From: Felis catus | Taxonomy: Eukaryota | Direction of reading: 5' to 3' | Length of the DNA: 64,000 bases | Assembly: GCF_018350175.1 (NCBI RefSeq) | Contig: NC_058372.1 | Span: forward strand, 3,720,001-3,784,000 | Shown: one piece after another, positions 1-12,560 of the stretch | How the letters are laid out: every line of letters begins with the position of its first letter | Position numbering within the stretch: position 1 is the first letter of the stretch | Translations under genes and position numbers: made by a program | Notes under the pieces: model-generated | Told to the model about the DNA's origin: nothing | The model's input: the letters and a program-made list of their open reading frames with translations, nothing else | Database searches by the model: none

Positions 1-759
1 CTATTACTATTATTATTTCTCATGAAATGAGAGATGCCCAGAGAAAAAGAAGGTGACATTTAAACTGTGACACATACTCTTCACGTTTTCAATTTGCACT
101 TGGTATCTTTATGTTCTGTGGCAAATCTCGAACCACGTCTGTCATCTATAATGCAGGGGAAGCTTCGTATTTTTTTTTTTTTTTCAGGCTTGAGTGCGAA
201 AACCCCGGATAAATAATATGGTCACAGTGTGTGTGTGGGTTCCACAAATACGAGTTTACGTACATTCTTAAGAAGTTGCAAGTGTATTAACGAATGTTTT
301 GTGGATACAACCATAAAAACTCAATTCCAGATAATTTTAAAAACAACCCCCCACCCCAATATACACACTAATATTAAGCAAAAAAACCAAGAGACTCTTG
401 AAAGGGAATTTCCCTGATCAATGAAGAAATGGCTGGGTCCTCAGGCCTTTCACTTCTGTCGCTGTCCGCAGCTTCTAGGAAAAGTAGATTTGACAGATCT
501 AGCTGGGCAGGTGCCGGCTCCAATCAGACATCATGGCCCTAGAGAAAGGGTGACAACACAGTGGAGACTCTTATGTCCCAAGGGTGAGGCCACATTCCTG
601 AGTCCCAATGCTGTCAATGTCTGGGTTGCCTGTTATTCCCTGTAACTCGAATTCCCAGTGGGTTCCATTTACCGTATGCAAAGGTCTCCCATGTTGTCAT
701 TTCAGTAGACATCACACCAGGCTGGTCACACACGTCCTCCTTCCTGAAACACTGTTTTC

Positions 760-1000
760 CTGACTTCTGTGACTCTAATCTCCTGGTTTTTGTCCTCACC
801 GTTTAGAATCTTTGGCCATCTTCTTTTCTTTCCTTTCTTCTTTACCCATGGGAAAATTCCAATTCCGTTGCATGCCAACAACAATAACATTTCTATTTCC
901 AAACTCTTGTCACAATTTCTATGTTCGGTCCCCACTTTGCTCTGGTTCCCAGATTCACATGTACAACTACTCACTTGCTACCTTCCGTGGAATGCTTTAG
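760..1000 (+). mobile_element. LINE-2 (L2) fragment, ancient
   Basis: Resembles remembered L2 consensus motifs (ccttcctgaaacactgttttcc...ctcctggttt; ...catgccaacaacaataacatttctatttcc); heavily diverged, edges approximate. Confidence 0.55.
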
Positions 1001-1240
1001 GGGATTTAAACATTGCCATGTCCCGGTCTCTGAAACCTCATCCTCTCCTAGAATTCTTGGTCATTATGCAAGAATTGGAGCAGCACTGCAAGTGGTGGAT
1101 AAGCATACAGGCTGGGGGCACAAATTCTGGTTCCAACCCCAGCCGCACACCTTGCTTGTCCCCAGTCGATTAGAAGGAGAGAATTGTTATGTCTAGATAA
1201 TGTGGATGTTGAGATGTTAAAAAACTAAGTTTAGCACAGG

Positions 1241-1441
1241 TTTTTTGTTGTTTTTTTCTAATTTTTATTTATTTAGAGAAAGGGAGGAGTGCAGAGAGAG
1301 GGAGGGAGAGAGAGAATCCCAAGCAGGCTCCATGCTGTCAGCTCAGAGCCCAATGGAGGACTCAAACTCATGAACCCCTGGATCATGAATTGAGCTGAAA
1401 TCGAAAGTCCGACCATTAACTGACTGAGCCACCCAGGCGCC
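1241..1441 (-). mobile_element. Can-SINE (SINEC, older subfamily)
   Basis: T-rich tail, (GA)n, and reverse-complemented head ...gactgagccacccaggcgcc. Confidence 0.9.
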
Positions 1442-1569
1442 TCTGGTAGAGTGTCTTAAACACATGGAAAGTACTCAGTAAATGTCAGCAACGTTTCCTC
1501 ACCCATGAAACTCAGTTCATAAATGAACTCTTTTGAGTTTCTCCTCCCATGTCTACCTCTTGCTTTCTT

Positions 1570-2110
1570 TCTTCAATTCTGTCTTTGCTTCTTTCTACCT
1601 TGAATCCCACAAATCCCACTTCCCACACAGCAGCCTGCGTGCTTTAAAATTCTAATAGATTCTCATGACACAATAAAAGTCTGGGTGCCTTCCTGGCGCT
1701 TAAGGTCCAACATGTTCAGGCCCCCCTTTAACCCTCAGTGTCTTCCCCGAACACCTCATATTTGTTTATTTCTCTCCCAGCACACAGAACTTGTATTTTT
1801 GAGCAGCGACTTCTCCCTGCCTTAGAGCTTTGTTGTAGCAACAGTCTCTTGGCCTGTGAGTCGAGTCGTATCCCGTGGTTCCTTGGTTCCCTCACCTGGT
1901 CAGTATCACGGCGCCTGGTTTATTTCCCATAGTTTCATAGCAGTGAGAACTCCTAGTTGGAATGATCGAATTGAGGAATCAGTGTGTTGATTCTCTCTCC
2001 TCTCCGGCTAGGATCTCAGCCCCACAGAGCAGTCTCTCGTCTGTCATGCCTACTGCTGTCGCTTAACGCCCCACACAGAGGAAATCGATCACCATTTGAC
2101 AAAATACGGA
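1570..2110 (+). mobile_element. L2 3' region
   Basis: Pyrimidine-rich L2 tail motifs, ending ...ggctaggatctcagcccc...tctcgtctgtcatgcctactgctgtc; edges approximate. Confidence 0.5.
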
Positions 2111-2329
2111 AAGAAATCCCTTCAACTGCTTCCTGATTTTTCTGTCCTCATCTAGCATAACCTCATCTTAACCACCGGAAACCTCCACGCAGGAAGGGGC
2201 TTTGGTCAGCTTGCTCTCCATGTATCAGATGTGCTCAGAGCAGAGCAGCTAGAAGCAGTCTTTATATCTGTGGGAACTTGCTCGAAAGCCAAGTTCCCAG
2301 ATATCCCTCAGAGCTAAGGAGACGACAGA

Positions 2330-2412
2330 AGCTCTGGGAGTGGGGCCAGCAATCTGTCCTCTAACAAGCCTCCAGGTGACTTTGAAGCACACTCAAGGTT
2401 AGCAGCGCTGCT
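2330..2412. mobile_element. MER5A (hAT-Charlie) fragment
   Basis: ctgggagtggggccagcaatctgtcctctaacaagcctccaggtgactttgaagcacactcaagg resembles the MER5A arm. Confidence 0.6.
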
Positions 2413-4133
2413 CTGTATCTTGGGTGCATAATTCAGTGCTTGGCACTTGAATGCCAATGAGACAAATGGATGTTCCTTGTTTCTGCCTAGAAGGCGTCTG
2501 TATGAGGCAGTCGGTGCCACTTCCCCTCCTTCTAATCCGGCCTTGGGTTTGTTCAGGTCCCCCCCTCCCTCCTTGCTTGTGCTCCAGGGAAGGGAACATT
2601 TCTGGCTGGTCTTAGGGAGCAGGCCCTGATTCAACCACACTAGTCCTGAGGGTCCCAGCCAGTCAGTAATGAGGAATTTGGGGCTGAGAATATGGCCAGT
2701 TCTGTGCAGCTGTGAGAGTCTTTAACAGGGCAGTTCAGAAGCTTCCTCAACAACATTTTGAGCGAGCCGAAGGGAGAGTTGTTGATTACAAAACTGTGTG
2801 TGTTGGGGAGAAAAGTGGAATCAGGGACATTTCAGGAAGAGAACAGTTGCAAAGGCCTGGAGGCTGGAGAGGTCAGGGGGCATTCCAAAAAGTGTGAAAA
2901 AGCAAGAAAAGGGGTGGGGAGAAGCAGAGAACTAAAAAACGGGAGGAAAAGCATCCACTGAGGTTTGCTTTGAGTGTTCGGTGAGTGGCCGGTTACAGGC
3001 CTTGATGTCTGATGTCGTGCAGCCAGCACGGGGATCATGGAAAGGCACGGAAAAGAATACATGGTCACGTATGCTTTCTCACAAAACCACTCCCCTGGAA
3101 TGAAAAGGAGACTCACTATGGACAGAGGAGTTTAATATTACCTCAAACTGAAATCAAGGTGATCACAAAAAGTTGAAATGCAGTTATAACTTGGCAATGA
3201 AAACAATTACTTGTTTTGTTTTGTTTTCTTTTTTCTTTTTTTTTTTCCTTTTCTTTTTTGGCGTGTTTATGTTGCCTCTGTGAGAGAACAGAGATCAGAT
3301 AGACTGGCTGGGAAGGCTGGCTAGAAATTTCTGGAGGATAGAGGTAGCGATTCTTGAGTACAGTTTTATTTCCATTCATAAGTAAGGTGCCGCCAGCCCA
3401 ACCTTTCTCAGCTAACTCCCCAGAAAGAAGCCTCAGGTCACAATGTCTGCTGAGTGAGGGGAGACAGATTCTGCTTTTAATTTTCTGGGTTTAGGCTCTT
3501 TGGCATCACGTGATCACAACCCCTAGCCCTCCGGGTCCTGGTGTCCAGCATCAGGTCAGTAAAACGCATATCCTGAGTCCACGTTTCCTGCTCTCCACCC
3601 TCTGACCTCCCCTGGGTCCCCGTGTTCTCCCGGATCGCCCATTTGCTCAGCTGAGCTGGGGACCAGAGCTGGAGACAGAACAGGTGGGCCGTTTAGGGGT
3701 AAACTGACAAGTGACAGAGGAGGGACTGGGGGCTGCTGTGCCAACTTCATATTCTGGGGCTGCACCAGTAAGGAGACTCTGGCGCTTGAATATCCAGAAT
3801 TGTTTTTGGCGGTCACCTGGGAGTCACGGATGGGAGTGGGAGAGGAATGTATTGTCACATTACAGTGTAAACATCAAATGTTAATGACGAGAGCCTTTTG
3901 AGGGCAACTTAAGAAAGAGGTAAAGCACGATCAAAAACTGGTAAGAACCGTCGTGTCCTCACTGGAGGGCGGCAGCCGGTGAAGGCACACATTTTAAAGG
4001 CCCGTGGTACACGCCTAAGCAGGACCCTGGGAGCCTTGAGCAAACGGGTGGGGGAAGGGCAGTGCGAGGGAGGGCCCGACCCACACAAAGAACCTGGGCT
4101 GTGGTCCCCGCGGCACCGGGAGAGGAAGTCCCG

Positions 4134-4147
4134 CCTCTAGATGGCGG
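4134..4147 (+). promoter_or_regulatory. CTCF-like motif
   Basis: CCTCTAGATGGCGG, one mismatch to CCASYAGRKGGCRS, in CpG-rich DNA downstream of the H2B gene. Confidence 0.45.
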
Positions 4148-4454
4148 GCTTTTCAAATGTCATTGTGGCTGCTTACACCCGTAGGGTGATACTTGCCGTA
4201 AAGTGGACACCAGGGTCTGTTTCGAGACGCGGCGCCAGTAGCCACCGCGCCTGTGCGTCTTTTAAGGAAAGCGATCTGGAGCTGCAACGGCCCAGGGAGG
4301 GAGCGCTAGCTGTTCTGCCCGCGGGGTTTTCGCCGGTGAGGACGTCTTTACAGGCCACGACGAAATCTCCCACCCAAAGCCGACAACATGTCACGGTGTA
4401 CCGTGTGTTCCCAATAACCTGAATGCCCAAAAAGACCCCAGCGCGTGTCAGCGC

Positions 4455-4464
4455 ACAGCTCCGG
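4455..4464 (-). terminator. Histone downstream element (U7 snRNA site) of H2BC6
   Basis: Minus strand CCGGAGCTGT, about 15 nt after the stem-loop (consensus AAAGAGCTGT). Confidence 0.75.
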
Positions 4465-4478
4465 TGGTGAAAATCTGT

Positions 4479-4494
4479 GGCTCTGAAAAGAGCC
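4479..4494 (-). terminator. Histone 3' stem-loop (H2BC6)
   Basis: Minus strand CCCAAA-GGCTCTTTTCAGAGCC-ACAGA, canonical SLBP site. Confidence 0.97.
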
Positions 4495-4521
4495 TTTGGG
4501 TTGGATCGNNNNNNNNNNNNN

Positions 4522-4902
4522 NNNNNNNNNNNNNNNNNNNNNNNNNNNNNNNNNNNNNNNNNNNNNNNNNNNNNNNNNNNNNNNNNNNNNNNNNNNNNNN
4601 NNNNNNNNNNNNNNNNNNNNNNNNNNNNNNNNNNNNNNNNNNNNNNNNNNNNNNNNNNNNNNNNNNNNNNNNNNNNNNNNNNNNNNNNNNNNNNNNNNNN
4701 NNNNNNNNNNNNNNNNNNNNNNNNNNNNNNNNNNNNNNNNNNNNNNNNNNNNNNNNNNNNNNNNNNNNNNNNNNNNNNNNNNNNNNNNNNNNNNNNNNNN
4801 NNNNNNNNNNNNNNNNNNNNNNNNNNNNNNNNNNNNNNNNNNNNNNNNNNNNNNNNNNNNNNNNNNNNNNNNNNNNNNNNNNNNNNNNNNNNNNNNNGGC
4901 AT
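4522..4902 (-). CDS. H2BC6: Replication-dependent histone H2B (CDS N-masked; end inferred from the 126-codon length; H2BC6/HIST1H2BE by synteny)
   Basis: ATG CC- (Met-Pro) at 4902, then 389 Ns, then a stem-loop; H2B-specific octamer upstream. H2B identity is strong; the paralog name rests only on gene order. Confidence 0.75.
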
Positions 4903-4959
4903 CTCAACTCCGCTTTCTTCCGAGTGAAGAGAAAATGGAGTCCGCGCCAGGATCCCGCC

Positions 4960-5048
4960 TATTTGTAGTCAGCGGTATGCAAATGAGGAATGCGTTTCGC
5001 GGCCTGTGATTCGCTGACTCGTCGTGTGACCTGCCTGCACATGATTGG
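4960..5048 (-). promoter_or_regulatory. H2B promoter: TATA variant, octamer, CCAAT
   Basis: Minus strand TACAAATA (4960-4967), CCTCATTTGCAT with octamer at 4977-4984, CCAAT at 5044-5048. Confidence 0.85.
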
Positions 5049-5419
5049 CTCCAGCTCTACGGTCCCATTGGACGTATTCCTGAGAGCAGTTTCCCCCATT
5101 CAGGCAGGCTTCTCAACCTATTTGATAACAAGTTCAGACTACTTTATGAACATCCAGATTACTTTGGTGATTAATTTTAGAAAGTAGAAGCTCTCCCTTG
5201 TGTTTTGAATTGCCAAAGAGACAGTAGTCAGGTCGAAGGCACGTCTCCGATTTGCAACCCCCCTGTACGGTTCCTGGAAAAGGCGTACCTTTGCATTTAA
5301 ATCCGGGTTCTAGACCAGTGAGAGAGAGGTGAAGACGCTGCCAGCCCAATGGGGAACTCTGGGCACACTGTCTATCACAGAAATTCCTGATTGGGTCAAA
5401 TGACCAGGCCGTTGACAGC

Positions 5420-5910
5420 TGCCTTGCTCAGTGACTGAGCACCTGCCCTAAGACCAGTGTGACCTAAGATGGATCGCTGAACTGGACCCTGATGAAGCTC
5501 ATCACTGGAGGCTATTAGATACCCACACTCCACACATGGGCAGCGAGTCCCTGAACAGACTCTCAGCTGCCTGCCATTGGATCATTTAGGACAGTTAAAC
5601 AATAGAGGGACTGTTTCCAAAGTTGTGAGCAAGGTTAAGGGATATCAACAAAGAATGGTGAAGGACGCTGGGCTGTTATTCCTAGTTCAGAAGAGGCAGG
5701 AGAAGAGCAGGGTTTGAAGAGAGCAGTGAGCATAGGAGACGGCTGTCGGACAGGAGCTGTGGCTGTCGGTAGACAAAGGCAGTTTCTGCCCAGTTTTGTA
5801 GGAAGGGAGCCAAGAGGAATAAGAATATACTCCCATTCCCCGCTCTCCCCCACCCGCTTCAGATGTCTTGCTTATCCCTCCCAGAAACCAGAGGGTAAAG
5901 AAACATAGTT
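5420..5910. mobile_element. MaLR (MLT1-type) LTR remnant
   Basis: Weak resemblance to MLT1 motifs; edges and subfamily uncertain. Confidence 0.35.
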
Positions 5911-6204
5911 GCTGTCGTGCACAAATCAGCCATCTAGGTCACAAAGTATCCTAAGCCTTTTAAGATGAATATCTAAAGTAGCAGAGATTCAGATTTTGTA
6001 CAGGTAAAAAACAAGTTTACCTCATTTTTCTAATCAGTTAGGTATCTGGCTATTTCGTTTTCAGCTCCTGAAGTTAGTTCATGAACACTGGATTATCCTC
6101 AGAGCTGCAAAATTTTAAACATGCTTTGTTGCTATCATTACCATTGCGCAGATGGATTCAAGGTTACCTTTTTTACACAACACTTCCTCTGAGAGATTCT
6201 CGAA

Positions 6205-6394
6205 TTTTCTTTCTTTTCTTTTAAAGCACAAATCTACAAGGGGAGAGAGAGAGAGAATCCCAAGTAGGCTCCAAACTCATCTTGGGGCCTGACCGCAGGG
6301 CTGGACTAGGGGCTCAATTCCAGGATCTTGAAATCATAACCTGAGCCCAAATCAAGAGCGAGATGCTCAACTGACTGAGCCACCCAGGTGCCCC
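6205..6394 (-). mobile_element. Can-SINE
   Basis: (GA)n-aatcccaagtaggctcc...ctgactgagccacccaggtgcccc. Confidence 0.88.
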
Positions 6395-7469
6395 TTGAAT
6401 CTTCTTCATCATAGACAAATATATCACCACTTTCTTTTGCTGGCCCGCATCCTGGAGGAATGGTCTCATTTCCCATTGACCCTTGGTCCCCAATTTATTT
6501 AATCACCTCCAACCCACCCCTGACCGAGGGCTGACCACTCACATTATAGCCACTGGACCACCAGCAGGATGTCATAAAGGAGCTGGTTACAAATAGGATT
6601 GTAAGCCCCACCCCAGAGCTACACATCAGACTGAATCTTGACAAGATCCCCAGGTAATCTGGGTGAACGCTATAGTTTGGGAAGCACAATCTAGGGTGCT
6701 GTCCGTATGGTTGCAGGTATGTGTCTTTGCGCATGTGGCGGGGTGAGTGGCCCAAGAAAACAAAGAACATAAAGGGGCAGATTTTATTGGAATGTCTTTT
6801 CTTCTCCATGTTAAACAAGTTGCCCTTTTCAATTCTTTGTCTATGATCACTTAGTTATTGGTGTATATTCGTGTTGCCTTTGGTTTTATTTGTTCGTCTC
6901 TATTAGCTTTGCCACTGCGACCTCTTTATTAATTTACTAGTTGAGAATTTTGTATATCTTCATTATGGGTAAATTTGAAAGCTACGGATTGAGAGCCAAC
7001 AATAGAGTTAAGTCTATGCGCAATCACTTGAGGCATGGTGATTTCTCTGACTTTACTCAAATTTCTTCCTCCCCATGAGATTTCACTCTGAAAAGGGCCT
7101 CTCTTTTTGCAAATAATTTGTGACCACTTTTTGACACATTGCCTGGAAACACAAGACCTTGTAGGATTGGGAAAGATGGGGTAAACTAGGCAGAGAGGGA
7201 CCTGAGGTCCCTGGGTGGGGGGAAAACACATATTTGGGGATGTATGCAAACAGCAAACAGCCTAGGCCATAAGGTGCTTCTTAAGAATGTAACAGTCGCC
7301 ACCTACTCCCATTCAGGTTTCCCTCAGGAATTTGACAAAAGGCCTGACTAAAAATAAGCAGCAGACCATAAAACATTTGATCCACAAGGGATGGTTTGTC
7401 CATAGACCACCCAGTATCATACAATGGAGTCAAGCCAATCAGCAGTGGACAACCCGGCGGGTAGAGTTG

Positions 7470-7640
7470 TGGTTAAGTGTACGATTTCAGCTCAGGTCAT
7501 GATCTCACAGTTGTTGAGTTTGAGTCCATGCTGGGCTCTGTGCCGACAGCTAGGAGCCTGGAGCCTACTTGGATTCTGTGTCTCCCTCTCTCCCTGCGCC
7601 TCCTTATCTGTCTCTCAAAAAGAAATAAACCTTAAAAAAA
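7470..7640 (+). mobile_element. Can-SINE, 5' degenerate
   Basis: ggttaagtgt..gatttcagctcaggtcatgatctcac...tctctcaaaaagaaataaaccttaaaaaaa. Confidence 0.85.
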
Positions 7641-7941
7641 AGAAGCAAAATTGACAAGTATGCTTTCAAATCAGTGAATTCCTCTGGTGGGCTTATTCCC
7701 CATCAAAATTCTCTCCGGATCTAAGAATAGAGATTTTTTTTTTTAAATTTACATAAAATGTAACTCCAAAATAATGGTAGATACTAACTTACATGTAATA
7801 TTTTTTAGTTGTTTTGCTATATGATTGTGGTCTCATGGAAGTTTTTTTGTAAGCTTTCATTTGCCTCTCCCAGAAAAGCATTATGTTAGAGTTCTGGAAC
7901 ATGTTCAATATTTTATATTTTTTTATTTTTATTAAAAAACA

Positions 7942-8154
7942 TTTTTTTTTCAACGTTTTATTTATTTTTGGGACAGAGAGAGACAGAGCATGAACGGGGG
8001 AGGGGCAGAGAGAGAGGGAGACACAGAATCGGAAACAGGCTCCAGGCTCTGAGCCATCAGCCCAGAGCCCCACGCGGGGCTCGAACTCCCGGACCGCGAG
8101 ATCGTGACCTGGTTGAAGTCGGACGCCTAACCGACTGCACCTCCCAGGCGCCCC
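7942..8154 (-). mobile_element. SINEC_Fc (young felid SINE)
   Basis: Near-consensus felid SINE with CpGs intact (cagaatcggaaacaggctccaggctctgagccatcagccc). Confidence 0.95.
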
Positions 8155-9869
8155 TATTTTATCTTTTTATGATATTTACCATGTTTTTTACAACCCCCCC
8201 AAAAAATGTGTGTAATACAAAATGTGGATTAGAAAGTGCTCCTCTTATTTGAGTCTGAAAAGAAACCATTACTGGATTTATATAATAATAATAATAAAAT
8301 AAGAATGACGGGTAAACGTTACCAAGAGGCAGCAAGTATGGTAATATTAATATTAAACACATTTCAAAGCTCAAAGTATTTGTGGGGGTAGAGAGGTATG
8401 CACTATAAGGACTTTTAGATCCAATGTGGAAAACAAGATATTCTGGAAAGCTGTCCTGAAGCAAAATAGCTAAGGACTAGATAAACTACAAAAACACTCT
8501 CGCACATTATGGCCAAATCACAAGAAACCAAGGAAAACTCCCTAAATCTCCCAGAACAATAAACACCTCGGAGCTGAAGCCAGCCTGCTAAACCCACCAG
8601 ATTTGGTTCCTAGGGGCAAATACCATTATCAGGATTCTACGCTTTGTCAATCAATGTTGGCCTGTTGGGGACAAGAGGATGCTCAGCCTTTAAACTGAAC
8701 TAGAGACTTGGAGCAAAAAGCCAGGGCTCTTCGAGAAAACAAAGGCTTGTAGGGGAAAAAAAATCTAGCAAAGATCCCTAACAAGAAACCTGTTGGTCTC
8801 TGCAGGGCTCTGTGGAGGAGGGTAGAGGAAATTTGCTACAAGTATTTCACCATAGACCAACTTAGAGAGTTTCCGTGAAAGCTTCCTGACATTAATGTGT
8901 GGCACGAGCTTGTGCGTCCCCTCGTGCCTCACGCAGACAAACTCACACCCCTTTAGGAGGGAAGCATCTTGGATCCAAGTTCTCTAGATACACATAAATT
9001 ACTTACTTATTTCCTAGTATTTATTGAGAACATATTATGTGCCAGGTGCTCCTAGGAATTTGGGATGTTCAAATATAAACTCATCATAAATGTGACCTAA
9101 CCTAGGAGGAGAACAGACACTTTGAAGAGTCAGGCTTTTAGCCTTCAATCCCCACCTCTTCCTCACACAAAGAATCTCAGATATTAAAGTTATCAGATAC
9201 AGACTATAAAATATTTACTGAACATTTAAAGAAATAAAAATGAAATAATACACTCTAGGAGCAAGGGACAATCAAACCCAGACCTATGAAAAAATTAATG
9301 AAATTGAACTTTTACAAATGAAAAGGATCTATAGTTCATAATGATAAAATAAAAATCCACTGATAAGATGTAACATTTAGGGCCTTGATGTACCTGACCG
9401 CATAGCCACTAACTGTGTATGGCAGTAACTTCCAGAAGTTTTAGGAGAATTTCAGGTTTACAAGTGTAGGGCAAGCCTTCAATACTGTACTCTTAGAAAT
9501 TCATATAACAACGAAGGAAAATGCTTATGGTTATAGAAGATTGAACAACACAATGAACAAACTTCATTTATCTGTGATTCCTTCACTTAACACGTAGAGT
9601 ATTTCTGAATTTTTCAAAGGACCCATTTAATAATTTCAAATTTTCAACACTGGCTTCAGAATACATATAAATACATACATATAAAGAAAACAGTTTCGTA
9701 TATATTGCACTATTTTATCATAATCTAACTATGGAGCGATAGAAATAATTTTTTTTTTTTTTAGGAATAGTAAGACTGAAACAATCTTCTCATATTCTTA
9801 GAAACTAAAAGCGCACTTCTAAACACGTGGATTAGAATGGATATCATTAAAGAAAGTACGTAATAGAAA

Positions 9870-11700
9870 TTACTATGAATACACTTAACCAAGGAGGTGA
9901 AGAATTTGTACTCTGAAAACTATAAACATTGATGAAGAAATTGAAGATAACACATACAGTGGAAATACATTTCATAAATTACGTGCTCATGAATTGGAGG
10001 AATTAATATTGTTAAAATGTCCATACTACTCAAAGTAATCTACAGAGTCACTGCAATTCTTGACAAAGTACTAACAGTATTTTCCACAGAACTGGGATAA
10101 TCTTAAAATCTGTATGAAACCACCAAAGACCTCAAGTAGCCAAAGCAATCTTCAGAAAGAGGAACAAAGTTGAAAGTGTCATAATCCCAGATTTCAAGAT
10201 ACACTACAAAGCTATAATAATCAAAACAATATGGTAATGGCACAAAAATGGGCAGATAGATCAATGGACTGGATAGAGAGCTCAGAAATAAGCCAACTGT
10301 TATGGTCAATTAATCTATGCCAAAGAAGGCAGGCATACACAATGGGGAAAAGACTCTTCAATAAAGGGTGTTGGGAAAACTGGACAGCTATGTGCAAAAT
10401 AATGAAACTGGACTGCTTTCCTACATCATATACAAAAATAAACTCAAAATGGATTATAGACCTAAATGTGAGACCTGAAACTATAAAACTCTTAGAAGAA
10501 AACACAGGCAATAATCTCTTTAACAATCTCTGTTTGCCTTAGCAACCTTTTTCTAGCATTTCTCTGCAGGCCAGGGAAACAAAAGCAAAAATAAACTATT
10601 GGGACTACACCTATATCAAAGGCTTTTCACAGAGAAGGTAACCAACAACAAAATGAAAAGGCAACCTCCTGAATGGGAGAAGATATTTGCAAATGATATT
10701 TCCAATAACGTGTTAATATCCAAATCATAGACGAAGAACTTATACAACTCAACATCAAGAATAACAAGATTTTAAAATGGGTAGGTGATGTGTATNNNNN
10801 NNNNNNNNNNNNNNNNNNNNNNNNNNNNNNNNNNNNNNNNNNNNNNNNNNNNNNNNNNNNNNNNNNNNNNNNNNNNNNNNNNNNNNNNNNNNNNNNNNNN
10901 NNNNNNNNNNNNNNNNNNNNNNNNNNNNNNNNNNNNNNNNNNNNNNNNNNNNNNNNNNNNNNNATGTGGAGAAAAATGAACCCTCATGTTTTGTTGGCGG
11001 GAATGCAAATTGGTACAGACACTGTGAAAAACAGCGTGGAGTTTCCTCAAAAACTTAAAAATGGAAATACCAGAGAGTAGAGTAATTTCACTACTGGGTA
11101 TTTATCCCAGAAAACAAAAACACTGATTAGAAAAGATATATATCCCCCCTATGTTCCTTTTAGTATTATTTACAATATCCAAGATACGGAAGCATCGTAA
11201 GTGTCCGTCAGTGATGAATGGATAAAGATGTGGAGTGTGTCTATCTGTGTGGAGTATGTCCAGTCCATCATGGAATATCACTCAGCCATAAAAAAGAATG
11301 AGATCTTGCCATTTGTGACAACACGATGGATGGATGGGCCTCGAGAGTATTATGCTAAGTGAAATGAATCAGACAGAGAAAGACAAATGCAGTACGATTT
11401 CACTTATAGGTGAATCTAAACAACAAAACAGACAAAAAAGCAGGAATAGGCCCATAAATACAGAGAACAAACTGATGGTTGCCAGGGGGAGAAGGGTGAG
11501 GGGATGGGCAAAATGGGTGAAGGAGAGTAGGAGGAACAAGCTTCCAGTTGCGCAATAAATACGTCAGGGGCATGACAGGTACGCCATAGGGAATGTAGTC
11601 AATGGAAGTATAATGTAATAGCGTTGTGTGGTGACAGACGGTAGCGACACTTGTGGTCAACACAGTATAATGTACAGACTTGGCAAATCACTATGTTAAA
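9870..11700 (+). mobile_element. L1 3' part (ORF2 end plus 3' UTR), carnivore L1_Carn/L1MA-type
   Basis: ORF 10231-10542 translates to L1 ORF2-like text ([20 protein letters not shown]...[25 protein letters not shown]); typical 3' UTR; internal 168-nt N gap. Confidence 0.92.
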
Positions 11701-12429
11701 AAAATAGATGGTAACAATGAAGCAATCTTCTCAAGTGCTTGGAAACTAAAAGCATACTTTTAAGCACATGGATTAGGCTGGATATTAGAAAGGAAGCTAT
11801 GGAACGTTTTGAGCTAAATATGAATAATACATATGAAAAATGTAGGGTGTATTTGTAATGGTACTAAAAGGAAAATACATACTGTTAAATGCACATGTTG
11901 AGGAACAAGAAACACTGAAAATACATAACCTAGGTATTCAACCAAAAAAGCTAGAATAAAAATGATAGTAAATTGAGAATTGGGCTTAGAATCCCTAGGA
12001 TCTGTTGTACTGGTAGGAATGAGGTCTTTGTTTTCTATTTTATTTCCAGATAGGTCATTGCTCATGTGGAGAAAGGCCATGAATTTTTACGTGGTGCTCT
12101 TATGCCCTGTTGAACTCTTATTAGATCTAATTGTTTATTTATAAACTCCATGGAGTTTTGCATTGACATATTATTGTTAATATGTCAATTTCAAAATTTA
12201 AAAAGAAGAAAAATTAATAGAAAAAATGGAGATGATCCGTAAACCAAAAGCTTATTCTTTGAAAAACCTAATAATAGACAAGCCTCTAGCAAAACTAATT
12301 AGGAAAAAAAAGTGTGTGTGCACGTGAGGGTGGGGGTGGTGGTTGAGAGGTAGTTATGGGATTAAGAAGGGAACGTTGCTACCAAAAGGGAGTTGTTAAG
12401 AACCATGAGAATGCTTTGAATAAGTTGAA

Positions 12430-12560
12430 AGACAGAAAGGAAGAAAGAAAGAAAAAGAAAGAAAGAAAGAAAAGACAGAAAGAAAGAAAAGAAAGAAAGA
12501 AAGGAGAGAGAGAGGAAGGAGGGAGGGGGGAATGAAGGAAGGGAGATAAAGAAAGGAAAT
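12430..12560. repeat. (GAAA)n/(GGAA)n compound microsatellite
   Basis: Direct reading. Confidence 0.9.

Noticed and set aside
4522-4902. Equating this gene with the neuronal variant H2BE of mouse olfactory and brain studies
   Set aside because: That variant is Hist2h2be (H2bc21) in the other cluster; the similar name is misleading
4173-5009. Long ORFs spanning N runs (also around 10772-11080, 23765-24369, 25727-26164, 29135-29434, 50186-51488)
   Set aside because: They are open only because Ns translate to X; only the histone frames are supported
5050-5350. Search for an H2A partner divergent from H2BC6
   Set aside because: No TATA and no H2A-like DNA or protein similarity found
12000-12190. 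Inverted similarity between 12040-12160 and 13600-13730
   Set aside because: Two old L1 ORF2 fragments in opposite orientation; a common arrangement
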